DNA of 64,000 nucleotides from Candidatus Eiseniibacteriota bacterium (GTDB taxonomy: Bacteria > Eisenbacteria > RBG-16-71-46), in contig CAVSAC010000014.1 of the NCBI GenBank assembly GCA_963725865.1, positions 992,001 through 1,056,000 on the forward strand, in the 5' to 3' direction. The notes beneath the pieces were generated by a model, which had not been told where the DNA came from, ran no database searches, and saw only the letters and a list, made by a program, of their open reading frames with translations. The position numbers and the translations under genes are program-made. How positions within the stretch are numbered: the first letter of the stretch is position 1; the number at the start of each line of letters is the position of its first letter. Below are positions 1 through 9,603 of this stretch, piece after piece.

Positions 1-2
1 CG

Positions 3-131
3 TTGGGCCCGCGGGCGGGCGAGGATCCCGAGAAGCCGACCTCGCTGTCCAAGCAGGAGCTGGCGGAGTGGGCCCAGATCTTCCGCGCCCCCCGCCCGGG
101 CGACGCCGATCCGGACGACGACGCGCGCTGA
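3..131 (+). CDS. C-terminal end of a gene entering from the left edge (possibly a YacP-like NYN domain protein)
   Basis: Frame 3 reads ...EDPEKPTSLSKQELAEWAQIFRAPRPGDADPDDDAR* (TGA 129-131). The EKP..S..E..EW...F tail resembles YacP-like NYN proteins. Confidence 0.5.
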   Translation: MGPRAGEDPEKPTSLSKQELAEWAQIFRAPRPGDADPDDDAR

Positions 132-150
132 GCACGCGGTGCGCAAGCGA

Positions 151-182
151 ACGGGCGGCCCGCCGCGTCGCGGGCCGCCCGT
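151..182. terminator. Hairpin between convergent genes (probable bidirectional terminator)
   Basis: Perfect 13-bp stem ACGGGCGGCCCGC / GCGGGCCGCCCGT with a 6-nt loop. Confidence 0.65.
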
Positions 183-201
183 CTCCGTCAGCGGCGGTGG
201 A

Positions 202-1164
202 TCACGGCAGGTACTCGGCCAGCATCGTCGGCCGCACGACGTAGGGCAGGACCCACGCCTGAGAGTCGTACGGAACGGCGTCGTCGAACAGCGTGCCGCG
301 TGACAGCGCGTTCACGCCGACGTGTCCCAGCCCGGCGATGAAGGGCGCGCGCCAGACTCCGGTGTAGGTCCGATCGCCGTTGTTGTGGAAGCGGAACTTG
401 AGCCCGTGCCACATCAGCACCACCACGTCATCGGTGGCGTCGGTGGTCACCGTGAGCGTGACCGGCTCGCCGGCGTCGACCCGCACCACGCCGCGCAGCC
501 GGAACAGCCCGAGCGGATCGGTGACCGTGGTGTCGAGCGCCGCGGCCTGCACGCGCAGGCTGCGAACGCGCGTGTTCCCGTAAGCCGGCGCGCGGTTGGG
601 CGAGGCGGGGGCGAACGAGGTGACCTGCACGCCCGAGATCGCCGCGACGCGCCATGCCCAGCGCCCCGAGTTCCCGAGCTGCACGCGCTTCAGCAGCAGA
701 TGGCGTTCCGCGTGGTCGGCGAGCCGCTTGCGCATGACGTTCACGGAATCGGTGTCGGGCACCGCGGCCGGATCGATGTTGGTGGTGGCGAGGATGTCGA
801 ACTGGCCGCGCAGGTACCGATGGGCGGTGACGTGCGCGGTGGTGGGCCGGCCGGTCGAATCGGTGTCGCCGAACGCGAACACGAACCGCGAATCGACGCT
901 GTCGATCACCCGCCAGAAGCGCAGCGGGCGGATCGCGGCGAGTCCCGTTCCGGCGCCGTCGATCGTGGTCGGATCGCTGTCGCCCACGACGGCGTCGTCG
1001 ACCAACTCGGGAGCGCTCGCGAGCGCCGCCGAAACCTCCGCTTCGTCGAGGCTGCTCGAGTTGCCGCTCGAGAGCGGGCTGGTGAGACGAGACTGGTTTC
1101 CGCAACCGGTCAGCGCGCCGGCCACGAGCACGAGCGCGAGGCCGAGGGTGAGCGAGGCTCTCAT
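202..1164 (-). CDS. Lipoprotein of unknown function (320 aa)
   Basis: GGAGGA RBS before ATG at 1164; signal peptide with lipobox ALTG-C; beta-rich mature region. Confidence 0.75.
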   Translation of the reverse strand: MRASLTLGLALVLVAGALTGCGNQSRLTSPLSSGNSSSLDEAEVSAALASAPELVDDAVVGDSDPTTIDGAGTGLAAIRPLRFWRVIDSVDSRFVFAFGDTDSTGRPTTAHVTAHRYLRGQFDILATTNIDPAAVPDTDSVNVMRKRLADHAERHLLLKRVQLGNSGRWAWRVAAISGVQVTSFAPASPNRAPAYGNTRVRSLRVQAAALDTTVTDPLGLFRLRGVVRVDAGEPVTLTVTTDATDDVVVLMWHGLKFRFHNNGDRTYTGVWRAPFIAGLGHVGVNALSRGTLFDDAVPYDSQAWVLPYVVRPTMLAEYLP

Positions 1165-1239
1165 GAAGATTCCTCCGGCGCCCAGCCTTCGAGGCGGGCG
1201 ATCGACAGGGTGGATCGGGCCTGGGTGCTTGTCCCACCT

Positions 1240-1255
1240 CGCAGCGCTCGTGCCA
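1240..1255 (-). promoter_or_regulatory. Sigma54 -24/-12 promoter
   Basis: TGGCACGAGCGCTGCG on the minus strand, GG-N10-GC spacing, about 75 nt upstream of the lipoprotein start. Confidence 0.65.
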
Positions 1256-1419
1256 TGTCGGCCGCGGGCCAAAGGCCTTGCGGCCCAACGGGCGGCTGAC
1301 AGGCGCCCGGAGCATGGTGTACGCGAGGGGGCACCCGCTGCGGACGAAGCGCACGCGCAGGGTCACGCCCGCCCGCGGGCGGCCCGGCGTCGGGAGCAGC
1401 ACGCCCCCCCGAATGCGCG

Positions 1420-1449
1420 CCGGGCGCGCCCCGGTGGGGGCGCGCCCGG
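1420..1449 (-). terminator. Hairpin downstream of the glycine-zipper lipoprotein gene
   Basis: 13-bp stem CCGGGCGCGCCCC / GGGGCGCGCCCGG. Confidence 0.5.
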
Positions 1450-1470
1450 TGGAGGATCTCCGCCGCGCGA

Positions 1471-2247
1471 TCAGCGCCGGATGGTCGCGGTCTTGCTGAC
1501 CGTGAACGTCATCTCGGTGCCTTCCTTGACCGTCACCTGGTAGCCCTTGCTCTTGGCCACGGCGCCGGTGGCGGCCGCGCCGCCGATGAGCCCGCCGATC
1601 AGCGCGCCCTTGTTGCTCCCGCCGATCGCCTTGCCGAGGATGGCGCCGGCCGCGGCGCCGCCGGCCACCGCCCCGACGTTGCGCGCGCGGGTGCTACCGG
1701 CCACGATGCTGTCCGCGCCCGCGGTCACCGCGAACGTCTTGCCGTCGATCTCGATCGAGCTCACGCCCAGCATGAGGTAGGCGCGGCCGCCCCGCTCCGC
1801 AGGCTCCGCGGCCCGCACCACGCCGTTCACGCGCGCGCCCGCCGGGATCGGCACGCCGCTGCCGACCACCACCGGGTCCTTGATGGTGCCGGTCCAGCTG
1901 TCACCGGCTTTTGCGGTCTCCGAGGTGATCGCGCTCTCCACCGTGATCTTGAGCGCGGTCCCGGAGGGCACCGACATCCCAGGCGACTCCGCCGGCGCCG
2001 GGCTCGGCTTGGGCTTCGGCTTGGAGGTGGCGGGCTTCGGGGTCGACGCGGGCGTCGGCTGCGGCGCGGGGGCCGGCTGGTACTGCTCCTCCGGCGTCAC
2101 GCTTCCCTGTGGCGGCTCGACCGGGCTCTGTGCGAGCAGACTGTCGCTCGCGGTGGTGGCGGCCTGCTGGGCCTTCTGGCCGCAGCCGGCGAGAATCGCG
2201 ATGGCGGCGAGCGCGGCGAGGGGAAGAAGTAGGGCTCGGGCTCTCAT
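1471..2247 (-). CDS. Lipoprotein with Pro-rich linker, TrbI-like beta region and glycine zipper
   Basis: GAGGAG RBS; lipobox LAG-C; PAPAPQPTP linker; GAVAGGAAAGAILGKAIGG...GALIGGLIGGAAATG glycine zipper. Confidence 0.75.
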   Translation of the reverse strand: MRARALLLPLAALAAIAILAGCGQKAQQAATTASDSLLAQSPVEPPQGSVTPEEQYQPAPAPQPTPASTPKPATSKPKPKPSPAPAESPGMSVPSGTALKITVESAITSETAKAGDSWTGTIKDPVVVGSGVPIPAGARVNGVVRAAEPAERGGRAYLMLGVSSIEIDGKTFAVTAGADSIVAGSTRARNVGAVAGGAAAGAILGKAIGGSNKGALIGGLIGGAAATGAVAKSKGYQVTVKEGTEMTFTVSKTATIRR

Positions 2248-2478
2248 GTCGTGCACTCCTCACGTTCGACCGGCGCATGGCCGGGGTTCCTTGGTCACAT
2301 CCGAGCGCGCGTCCGTGCGCTGGGCGGGGAAGCGGAAATGCGGCGGGAGTCTGCCGCCGGCGCGGCCGAATGGCAAGGCCGCTCCGGGAATCCCAAGGCG
2401 GCGAGCGCATTGGACCGTCGCTTCCGCTACCCTGTCGGGTCCAACCGGGATGGCGACTGCCCACGGAGGGAACGACCG

Positions 2479-3990
2479 ATGGAGATCACGATCCGCCGCG
2501 GCGACCTCGCGGCCCGCGCCGCTGGCGCGGTGGCGCTCGGCATCTTGGAGGACGCCGGCGCGCTCGCAGGCGCAGCGGCGGCAGTCGACCGCGGCGGCGG
2601 CGGCGCACTGCGCGCGCTGCTCGCGAGCCGCGACTTCCGCGGGCGTTTCCTCGACACCGCGGTCGTCCACCCGAGCCGCGGGCGGATTCCGCGCGTGGTG
2701 CTGGTCGGGCTGGGACGCGCCGCCGCGCTGGATCCGCACCGCGTGCGCCAGGCCGCGGCGCTGATGGCGCGGCGCGCGCGCGAACTCGGGGCTCGCACGC
2801 TCGCCACGGTCGTGCACGGTGTCGGGCCGGGCGGGCTCGAGCCCGGGCTCGCCGCTCAGGCGGTGGCCGAAGGGCTGGTGCTCGGCCACCACCGGCACAC
2901 CGCGTATCGCAGCGATCCGCCCGCGCCGCTGCGCCGCATCGACGTGCTGGTCCCCGACGCCGCCGCGCTGCGCACCCAGCGGCCGGCGTTCGAGCGCGGG
3001 CTCGCGTTCGCCGAAGCCACGTGCCTGGCCCGCGACCTCGCGTCCACGCCGGGTCAGGACCTGGTGCCGGAACGGCTGGCGGCGCGCGCCCGGGAGATCG
3101 CGCGGCTCGCCGGCGCGCGCTGCACGGTGCTCGAGCCGGCGCAGATGGAGCGCCTCGGCATGGGCTGCGTGCTCGCTGTGGGCCGCGGCAGCGCGCACCC
3201 GCCGCGCTTCGTGGTGCTGGAGTACGCGCCGCGCGGCACCCGCACGCGTGGCGGAGGCGTGGTGCTGATCGGCAAGGGCATCACGTTCGACACCGGCGGC
3301 ATCTCGCTCAAGCCGCGCGAGGGCATGCAGAAGATGAAGTACGACATGTCCGGCGCCGCCGCGGTGCTGGGCGTGTTCAGCGCGCTGCCGGTGCTCGCGC
3401 CCCCGTTCCGCGTCGTGGGGCTGATCCCGACCGCCGAGAACATGCCGGGCGGCGGCGCGTTCAAGCCCGGCGACGTGCTGCGCGCGCTCGACGGCACCAC
3501 GATCGAGGTCACCAACACCGATGCCGAGGGGCGTCTGGTGCTGGCGGACGCGCTGGGGTACGCGCGCCGATTCCGCCCGGCGGCGGTGGTGGACCTCGCC
3601 ACGCTCACCGGCGCCATCCGGGTGGCCCTCGGTGGCTACGCGGCGGGGCTGTTCACCGCCGACGACGCGCTCGCCGCCACGCTGGAAGCCGCGGGCCGCC
3701 GCAGCGGCGAGCGGGTCTGGCGCATGCCGCTGTGGGACGGCTACGCGAGCGAGCTCAAGAGCGACACCGCCGACCTCGTGAACTCGGGCGGCGCCGACGG
3801 CGGCGCCGGGATCGCGGCCGAGTTCCTGCGCCACTTCGCCCGCCGGATGCGGTGGGCGCACCTCGACATCGCGAGCACGGCGTGGGCCCCGGCCGATCGC
3901 GCGCACGAGCTGCGCGGGCCGACGGGCTTCGGAGCGCGGCTGCTGTTGGAGTGGCTCAGCGCGGGCGCGGGCGCGGCGCGCGCGGTTTGA
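2479..3990 (+). CDS. pepA: Leucyl aminopeptidase (M17 family)
   Basis: IGKGITFDTGGISLK, MKYDMSG, NTDAEGRL, DLATLTGA and WAHLDIA motifs; GGAGG RBS. Confidence 0.95.
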   Translation: MEITIRRGDLAARAAGAVALGILEDAGALAGAAAAVDRGGGGALRALLASRDFRGRFLDTAVVHPSRGRIPRVVLVGLGRAAALDPHRVRQAAALMARRARELGARTLATVVHGVGPGGLEPGLAAQAVAEGLVLGHHRHTAYRSDPPAPLRRIDVLVPDAAALRTQRPAFERGLAFAEATCLARDLASTPGQDLVPERLAARAREIARLAGARCTVLEPAQMERLGMGCVLAVGRGSAHPPRFVVLEYAPRGTRTRGGGVVLIGKGITFDTGGISLKPREGMQKMKYDMSGAAAVLGVFSALPVLAPPFRVVGLIPTAENMPGGGAFKPGDVLRALDGTTIEVTNTDAEGRLVLADALGYARRFRPAAVVDLATLTGAIRVALGGYAAGLFTADDALAATLEAAGRRSGERVWRMPLWDGYASELKSDTADLVNSGGADGGAGIAAEFLRHFARRMRWAHLDIASTAWAPADRAHELRGPTGFGARLLLEWLSAGAGAARAV

Positions 3991-4711
3991 CCGCCGGCGC
4001 GGTGCGGTCGACGCTCACCTGCATCTCGGGCTGGGTGAGGCGCAGTAGTCGGCCGTCGGGCGCCGCCCAGGCCTGGTAGCGGATGGTCCCGTCGGTGAAC
4101 TCCAGGTGCCGCGCCTGCAGCGGCCGCCCGCCCCAGCGCAGGGTGTCGAGACCGCGATCGACCACCCGGGCCTCGATCACGGTGTCCTGCCGGCCGAGCG
4201 CGACGAGGTTGAGCGGTCGCGACGCGAACGAACTGCCCGCCAGCGAATGGCACATGATGTCGAACAGCACGAACATCCCGCCGTCCAGGACGAACAACCG
4301 CCCGGGCGGCAGCGGCAGGATGACGGCCTCGCCGCGCTGGTCGTACTCCTGGAACGACGAGATCGTGCTGTCGCGCACGACCAGTGAGCGCGTCAGCCGG
4401 TGTCCGCGTGCGTCGTGGACCGACTGGTAGCGGCGGAACGAGAGGCTCGCGGCGTCGACGCTCATCGTGAGCCGCTTGTGGATCGTGTCCGAGCCGGCGT
4501 CGGAGTGCATCGTTTGATACATCTCCGAATTCACGATCAGGCTGTCGCCGTCCGCCTCGTACCGGAACACCTCGGTCCCGAGGAGGCGGCCGCCGACCGC
4601 GAACGTGAGCGTGCCTCCGGGCGGATCGGAAGCGGCGGAACCGACGGGGGAGCCGAGCACCAGCGCGGCCGACAGCGTGACGAGGAGCACCGCTCGAAGG
4701 AGGTTCTTCAT
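3956..4711 (-). CDS. Exported hypothetical beta-rich protein
   Basis: Signal peptide MKNLLRAVLLVTLSAALV...; 3' end overlaps pepA by 35 nt. Confidence 0.65.
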   Translation of the reverse strand: MKNLLRAVLLVTLSAALVLGSPVGSAASDPPGGTLTFAVGGRLLGTEVFRYEADGDSLIVNSEMYQTMHSDAGSDTIHKRLTMSVDAASLSFRRYQSVHDARGHRLTRSLVVRDSTISSFQEYDQRGEAVILPLPPGRLFVLDGGMFVLFDIMCHSLAGSSFASRPLNLVALGRQDTVIEARVVDRGLDTLRWGGRPLQARHLEFTDGTIRYQAWAAPDGRLLRLTQPEMQVSVDRTAPAVKPRAPRPRPR

Positions 4712-4770
4712 GGCGCATGAGCCTATCACACGGGCGCCGTGGGCCGGTGCGTGTGCGGCCCGCGCGGCGC

Positions 4771-6147
4771 TCAGTCCGCCCGCCGCTCCAGGCGGGAGAC
4801 GCATTCGATGTGAGGCGTGTGCGGGAACATGTCGAAGGGCCGCGTCTCGGCGAGCGCGTAGCCCTGCGCGACGAAGTTCTTCACGTCGCGCGCCAGCGTG
4901 GCGGGGTTGCACGAGACGTACACGATGCGCCGGGGCATCAGCTCGGTGACGCGCGTGACCACGCGCGGGTGGAGCCCCGCGCGCGGCGGGTCCACCACCA
5001 CGACCGCGGCTGCCGGGCGGCCGTCGCGCTCGCGGCGCGCCCACTCGCGCAGCACGCGGCGGGCCTCGCCCTCGACGAAGCGCGCGTTCGCGATCCCGTT
5101 GCGCGCGGCATTGCGGCGCGCGAGCGCGACCGCGTCCGCCACGCTCTCGACCCCCACCACCTCGCGGCTGGCGCGCGCGAACAGCAGCGTGAGCGTGCCG
5201 GTGCCGCAGTAGAGGTCGAGCACCACGTCCCGCGACACGTCGCCGGCGGCCTCGAGCGCGGCCGCGTAGAGCCGCTCCGCCTGCAGGCTGTTGGTCTGCA
5301 GGAACGCGTTCGGGGTGGCCGAGAACTCGAGCCCGAGCAGCCGCTCGACGATCGCCTCGCGCCCCGCGAGCACGCGAGTCTCCTCGTTGAACGCCACGCC
5401 GGCGCGCTGGCGGTTGAGTCCGAGCGTGACGCTCACGACCTCGGGCCCCAGCGCCGTGAGGGCGCCCGCCCACTCCGCGAGTCCCGGCAATTCGTCCGAG
5501 GTCGCGACCAGGTTCACGGCGCACTCGTGGGTGAGCGGCAGGTGCCGCACCACCAGGTGACGCGCCACCCCATCGTGGCGCCGCGGATGCCACGCGCGCC
5601 AGCGCCGCTCGCGCGCGAAGCGCTGGGTCAGGTGCACGATCTCGACCGTCAGCGGACTCGGCAGCAGGCAGGTCTCGAGCGCGAACAGGCGGTCGAACGA
5701 GCCGCGTTCGTGGAGTCCCACGGTCGGCGCGCCATCGGCGGCGGGGAAGATCGCGAACTCCATCTTGTTCCGGTAGTGGAACGCCGCGGGCGCCGGCTCG
5801 ATCGCGCGCACGACCGGATCCGCCACGCCGCCGAGATGCGCGAGCGTCTCGCGCACCTGCCGCTCCTTCAGGCGCAGCTGCTCGTCGTAGGCGAGATCCT
5901 GGAAGCGGCAGCCGCCGCAGTGGGCCACGTGCGGGCAGGCGGCCGCGACCCGCAGGGGCGAGGACTCGAGCACGCGCTCGAGACGCGCCTCGGCCCAACT
6001 GCGCTTCACGCGCGTGATGCGTGCCTCGAGGCGGTCGCCGGGCAGCCCGCGGTCCACGAAAACCGCGCGCCCATCCAGCCGGGCGAGCGCCTTTCCGCCC
6101 AGCGCGATGTCCTCCACGAGGAGGTTTGACAGCTCGTTGACCTTCAT
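4771..6147 (-). CDS. rlmD: 23S rRNA (uracil-C5)-methyltransferase RlmD/TrmA family
   Basis: N-terminal TRAM domain, CPHVAHCGGC Fe-S motif, YRNK, LDLYCGTG, DPPRAG, YVSCNPATLARD, DMFPHTPHIE. Confidence 0.95.
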   Translation of the reverse strand: MKVNELSNLLVEDIALGGKALARLDGRAVFVDRGLPGDRLEARITRVKRSWAEARLERVLESSPLRVAAACPHVAHCGGCRFQDLAYDEQLRLKERQVRETLAHLGGVADPVVRAIEPAPAAFHYRNKMEFAIFPAADGAPTVGLHERGSFDRLFALETCLLPSPLTVEIVHLTQRFARERRWRAWHPRRHDGVARHLVVRHLPLTHECAVNLVATSDELPGLAEWAGALTALGPEVVSVTLGLNRQRAGVAFNEETRVLAGREAIVERLLGLEFSATPNAFLQTNSLQAERLYAAALEAAGDVSRDVVLDLYCGTGTLTLLFARASREVVGVESVADAVALARRNAARNGIANARFVEGEARRVLREWARRERDGRPAAAVVVVDPPRAGLHPRVVTRVTELMPRRIVYVSCNPATLARDVKNFVAQGYALAETRPFDMFPHTPHIECVSRLERRAD

Positions 6148-6283
6148 CGGGAGTCCGGAGTGTCTAACGGTCGGAAGTCCAAGGTGGGCGACTTTCAGGA
6201 ACCGGGTCGCGCAGCGAGTGGTTGTTCCCCGTGCGACCCTGACCGCGGCAGTCCGGACGGACGCTAGCACAGGGGGAGAGACG

Positions 6284-7366
6284 ATGCGAAAGATCACCGC
6301 CATGTTGGCGGTCGCGCTGCTGGCGACCGCCGCGCCGATCGTGCGCGCCGCGCACGCCGACGACTCGAACGGCACGCCGTGGCTCGGGGTGTACACCCAG
6401 ACGGTCGACGATCCGCTGCGCGAGGCGCTCGACCTGGTCGGCGACGGTGCGCTCGTGAGCCGCGTCATCGCCGGCAGTCCGGCCGACCGTGCGGGCGTGA
6501 GGAAGGGCGACGTCATCACGCGCTTCGGATCCCGGCCGATCTCGTCGGCCGATCAGCTCATCGAGCAGGTGCGCGACGCGAAGATCGGCCAGACCGTGAC
6601 CATCGAGGTGCGGCGCGGCGCGGATTCGCGCACGTTCACCGCACGCCTCGAGGAGCGCCCCGCCGATGCGCGCGCATTCGTCGCCCCGCGTGAGGGCGAC
6701 GAGCCGGAGGCTCCGGGCACGCGGCGCATCGTGATCCGCGAGAAGGGCGAGGGCACGCCCGGGGAGCAGAAGCACGTGCGCATCCTGCGCCGCGGCGCGG
6801 GGGATCGCGATTTCGATATCGAGATCCCGGAAGGCGCGGAGCTCGAGCACCTGCGCGGCCTACCGCGCCTCCGCGGGCTGGCGCCGGAGGGACCCGGTCG
6901 CATGATGATGATGGGCGTTGGCCGCGGCAGGCTGGGCGTGCAGGTGCAGAACCTGAACGCGCAGCTCGGCGAGTACTTCGAGGTGCCCGACGGGCGCGGC
7001 GCGCTCGTCATGGAGGTGATGAAGGACACGCCCGCCGAGCGCGCTGGGCTCAAGGCGGGAGACGTCATCACGCGCGTCGGTGGAACGACGGTCGCGAATC
7101 CTTCGGACCTGATCGAGGCGCTGCAGGGTAAGGAGGGCAAGGTCGAGGTCACGGTCGTCCGCAAGGGTCGGCCGGTCACGCTCGAGCCGGAGCTCGAGGC
7201 GGCCGGACCGGGCCGAATGCGGATGGAGAGCGGCGACGACGATCGCCTTGCACCCGAACCGCCCGCGGCCCGGGAGGATCTCGGCAACATGCGCGATGAG
7301 CTGCGCGCGCTGCGCGAAGAGGTGCGGCGGCTGCGCAGTGAGTTGGAGTCCTCACGAGGGAAGTAA
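6284..7366 (+). CDS. Exported protein with two PDZ domains and a C-terminal coiled coil (no protease domain)
   Basis: Signal peptide; WLGV...SPADRAGVRKGDVI and RLGV...TPAERAGLKAGDVI; heptad tail DELRALREEVRRLRSELE. Confidence 0.85.
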   Translation: MRKITAMLAVALLATAAPIVRAAHADDSNGTPWLGVYTQTVDDPLREALDLVGDGALVSRVIAGSPADRAGVRKGDVITRFGSRPISSADQLIEQVRDAKIGQTVTIEVRRGADSRTFTARLEERPADARAFVAPREGDEPEAPGTRRIVIREKGEGTPGEQKHVRILRRGAGDRDFDIEIPEGAELEHLRGLPRLRGLAPEGPGRMMMMGVGRGRLGVQVQNLNAQLGEYFEVPDGRGALVMEVMKDTPAERAGLKAGDVITRVGGTTVANPSDLIEALQGKEGKVEVTVVRKGRPVTLEPELEAAGPGRMRMESGDDDRLAPEPPAAREDLGNMRDELRALREEVRRLRSELESSRGK

Positions 7367-7375
7367 GCAGCGCGA

Positions 7376-7500
7376 TGTGAACCGCCGCCGCACGGAGGAG
7401 CGCCGATCCGGCCGTTCCGCACCTCACGGTGCGCATGTCACAGGGGCGTAGTACGAACCGGCTGGTGCAGCGCGGCGCTCCTTCCGGCGGCGGCGACACA
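7376..7500 (+). ncRNA. Candidate structured RNA in the 3' region of the PDZ gene
   Basis: Nested stems 7382-7390/7485-7493 and 7396-7405/7473-7482 close a multi-branch junction with internal hairpins; a terminator follows directly. Confidence 0.35.
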
Positions 7501-7529
7501 GGGCCCGGCGATGCCGGGCCCTTTCGCTT
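7500..7529 (+). terminator. Rho-independent terminator
   Basis: AGGGCCCGGC-GAT-GCCGGGCCCT followed by TTCGCTT. Confidence 0.7.
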
Positions 7530-7566
7530 GCGGATCGCGCGCGGGGCCGCGTAACGTGCGCGCTCC

Positions 7567-8085
7567 ATGCCTGCGCTTCGACGATCCCGCTTCTGCCTGC
7601 GCTGTGGCACCGCGCTGATCGCCCGTGACGACAACGGGCACTCGCGTCCGACCTGCCCGGCGTGCGGATGGATCCACTACCGCAATCCCGCCCCCGCGGC
7701 CGGCGTGCTGCTCGAACGGGACGGCGAGGTGCTGCTGGTGAAGCGCCGCTTCGTGCCGCGGGTCGGCGCATGGTGCGTCCCGGCGGGGTTCATGGAGTAC
7801 GGCGAGACGCCCGAGCACTGCGCGGTGCGCGAGGCGCGCGAGGAGACCGGCCTGGCGGTGCGGCTCACCGGGCTGTTCGGCGTGTACGCCGGCTTCGACG
7901 ATCCGCGCGTGCGCGCGGTGCTCATCCTCTACACCGCCGAGCGCGCCGGCGGCCGGATCCGGCCCGGCGACGATGCAATCGAGGCGCGCTGGTTCCCGCT
8001 CACCCGACTGCCGCGCGCGATCGCGTTCCACGCGCACCGCCGCGCGCTCGAGGAGCTGCGGCTCCGCCTGCGTCGCGGGCGCTGA
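7567..8085 (+). CDS. NUDIX hydrolase with N-terminal zinc ribbon
   Basis: FCLRCG...CPACG..HYRNP; Nudix box GFMEYGETPEHCAVREAREETGL. Confidence 0.9.
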   Translation: MPALRRSRFCLRCGTALIARDDNGHSRPTCPACGWIHYRNPAPAAGVLLERDGEVLLVKRRFVPRVGAWCVPAGFMEYGETPEHCAVREAREETGLAVRLTGLFGVYAGFDDPRVRAVLILYTAERAGGRIRPGDDAIEARWFPLTRLPRAIAFHAHRRALEELRLRLRRGR

Positions 8086-8179
8086 GCGGCCCCGCCCGGC
8101 GCCGCTCCACCGCTCCCGCCCGTCTCCAGGTCGCGGCATTGCCACCGACGCCCGACCGCAGCGGGTTCTCCCCGGTCCG

Positions 8180-8195
8180 TGGCCCGGTCCGTGCA
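8180..8195 (+). promoter_or_regulatory. Sigma54 -24/-12 promoter
   Basis: TGGCCCGGTCCGTGCA, GG-N10-GC, about 70 nt before ATG 8266. Confidence 0.55.
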
Positions 8196-8265
8196 CAGTC
8201 CGGTGCGGTTCGTCCTGCGCCGGCCCCCTCCCGGCTGGCCCTCACGCGCGCGGAGGCATTCCAAC

Positions 8266-9603
8266 ATGAAGTGGCGGATGACGTTCGCCTGGTCGCTCAT
8301 GGCGCTCGCCGTACTCTGGGTGCCGGCCGCGGCCCAGGTGTTCAGCGCAAGACGCATGGCCATGGGTGGCGTGATGTTGTCCGGTGGGGGCCCGGGCAGC
8401 GAAGGGCCGAACGTGGCGTATCGGGCGGTGCCCGCCGCGCCGCAGACCGCGTCGGGGTTCTCGCTCCCGATCGGGCTCATCTCGGTGCTCCAGGATCGGC
8501 CGGTGTTGGACAGTGGGGACCCGGCGTTCAACGCCTACGAGCTGGCGAACCTGATCTACAACGTGCCGTGGAACTACCCGCTGGTGAAGCCCCGGACGCC
8601 GGGCGACGACATCACGCTGGCGATCTCGCGCAACTCGCTCGCGGTCGACCTCGGTGACGTGAGGGACCTGTTCCCCGACGACCACTCGCGGGTCGGCGCG
8701 GTCACGAACATTCCGATCGTCACCTGGGGCGTTCGCGAGTTCTTCGCGTCGGTGAATCCGGTGGTCCACTACGAGAACGACCTCAGCCTGAACGACGCGC
8801 TCCACCAGGCGCTCACCCACGGCGAGGCGTTCGTCCCGAACACGCGCTACGAGGCGTTCGACCGCGGCAAGGGCCAGGCGGTGGTGGGCGTGGCGCTGGG
8901 CTGGGCCGCGCCGATCGCCGCCAGCGGGGACCCCCGCGGCGCGGGCTACGGCGTGTACGTGGGCGCGCGCGCGAAGCTGCTGCGCGGGATCGCGTACGGT
9001 GACGCGGACAACGTGGTGTCGTTCGCCACGCGCGACACGCTGTTCGGCACCGACCCGGTGGACGTCGGCTATCGCGCGACGCTGCGCGATGCCAGCCCCG
9101 GCGACGGCGGGATGGGCTACGGCTTCGACCTGGGCGCGGCCGCGGTGATCAGCGGCGTCGAGGTCGGCCTGGGCGTCAACGACATCGCCACCCGCATCGG
9201 CTGGCACGTGCGCGAGACCCTGGTCGTGAGCGACACCAGCGGCGACTACCAGCGCACCACCCTCGCCGAGGGCGTGCGGTTCACGAGCAAGGTGCCGGTG
9301 ACCGTCACCGCGAGCGCCGCCACCCGGCTGGGGCCGGTGCTGGTGGCCGCCGACGTGGTGAAGGGCGCCGTCGCGACCACCGCGCACGCGGGCGCCGAGA
9401 TGTGGTTCGGCCGGCTCGCGCTGCGCGGCGGTCTCGGCTACGACGCCAACCAGCTCGTGCAGGGATCGACCGGGGCCGGGATGCGCTGGGGCCGCTTCGG
9501 CGTCGACGTGGCCGTCGCCTCGCACAGCCGCGACATCACGCGGGAGCGCGGGGCCGAGCTCGGCCTCGGGCTCGCGTTCTACCCGAAGGAGGTGGCGCGA
9601 TGA
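8266..9603 (+). CDS. Outer-membrane beta-barrel protein (TraF/PorV/FadL-like superfamily)
   Basis: Signal peptide followed by SARRMAMGG; alternating beta strands GYGFDLG, HAGAEMW..LALRGG, FGVDVA. Confidence 0.7.
   Translation: MKWRMTFAWSLMALAVLWVPAAAQVFSARRMAMGGVMLSGGGPGSEGPNVAYRAVPAAPQTASGFSLPIGLISVLQDRPVLDSGDPAFNAYELANLIYNVPWNYPLVKPRTPGDDITLAISRNSLAVDLGDVRDLFPDDHSRVGAVTNIPIVTWGVREFFASVNPVVHYENDLSLNDALHQALTHGEAFVPNTRYEAFDRGKGQAVVGVALGWAAPIAASGDPRGAGYGVYVGARAKLLRGIAYGDADNVVSFATRDTLFGTDPVDVGYRATLRDASPGDGGMGYGFDLGAAAVISGVEVGLGVNDIATRIGWHVRETLVVSDTSGDYQRTTLAEGVRFTSKVPVTVTASAATRLGPVLVAADVVKGAVATTAHAGAEMWFGRLALRGGLGYDANQLVQGSTGAGMRWGRFGVDVAVASHSRDITRERGAELGLGLAFYPKEVAR

Noticed and set aside
8266..9603. 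TraF-like barrel as evidence of a conjugative element
   Set aside because: No relaxase, T4SS ATPase, integrase or att sites in the window
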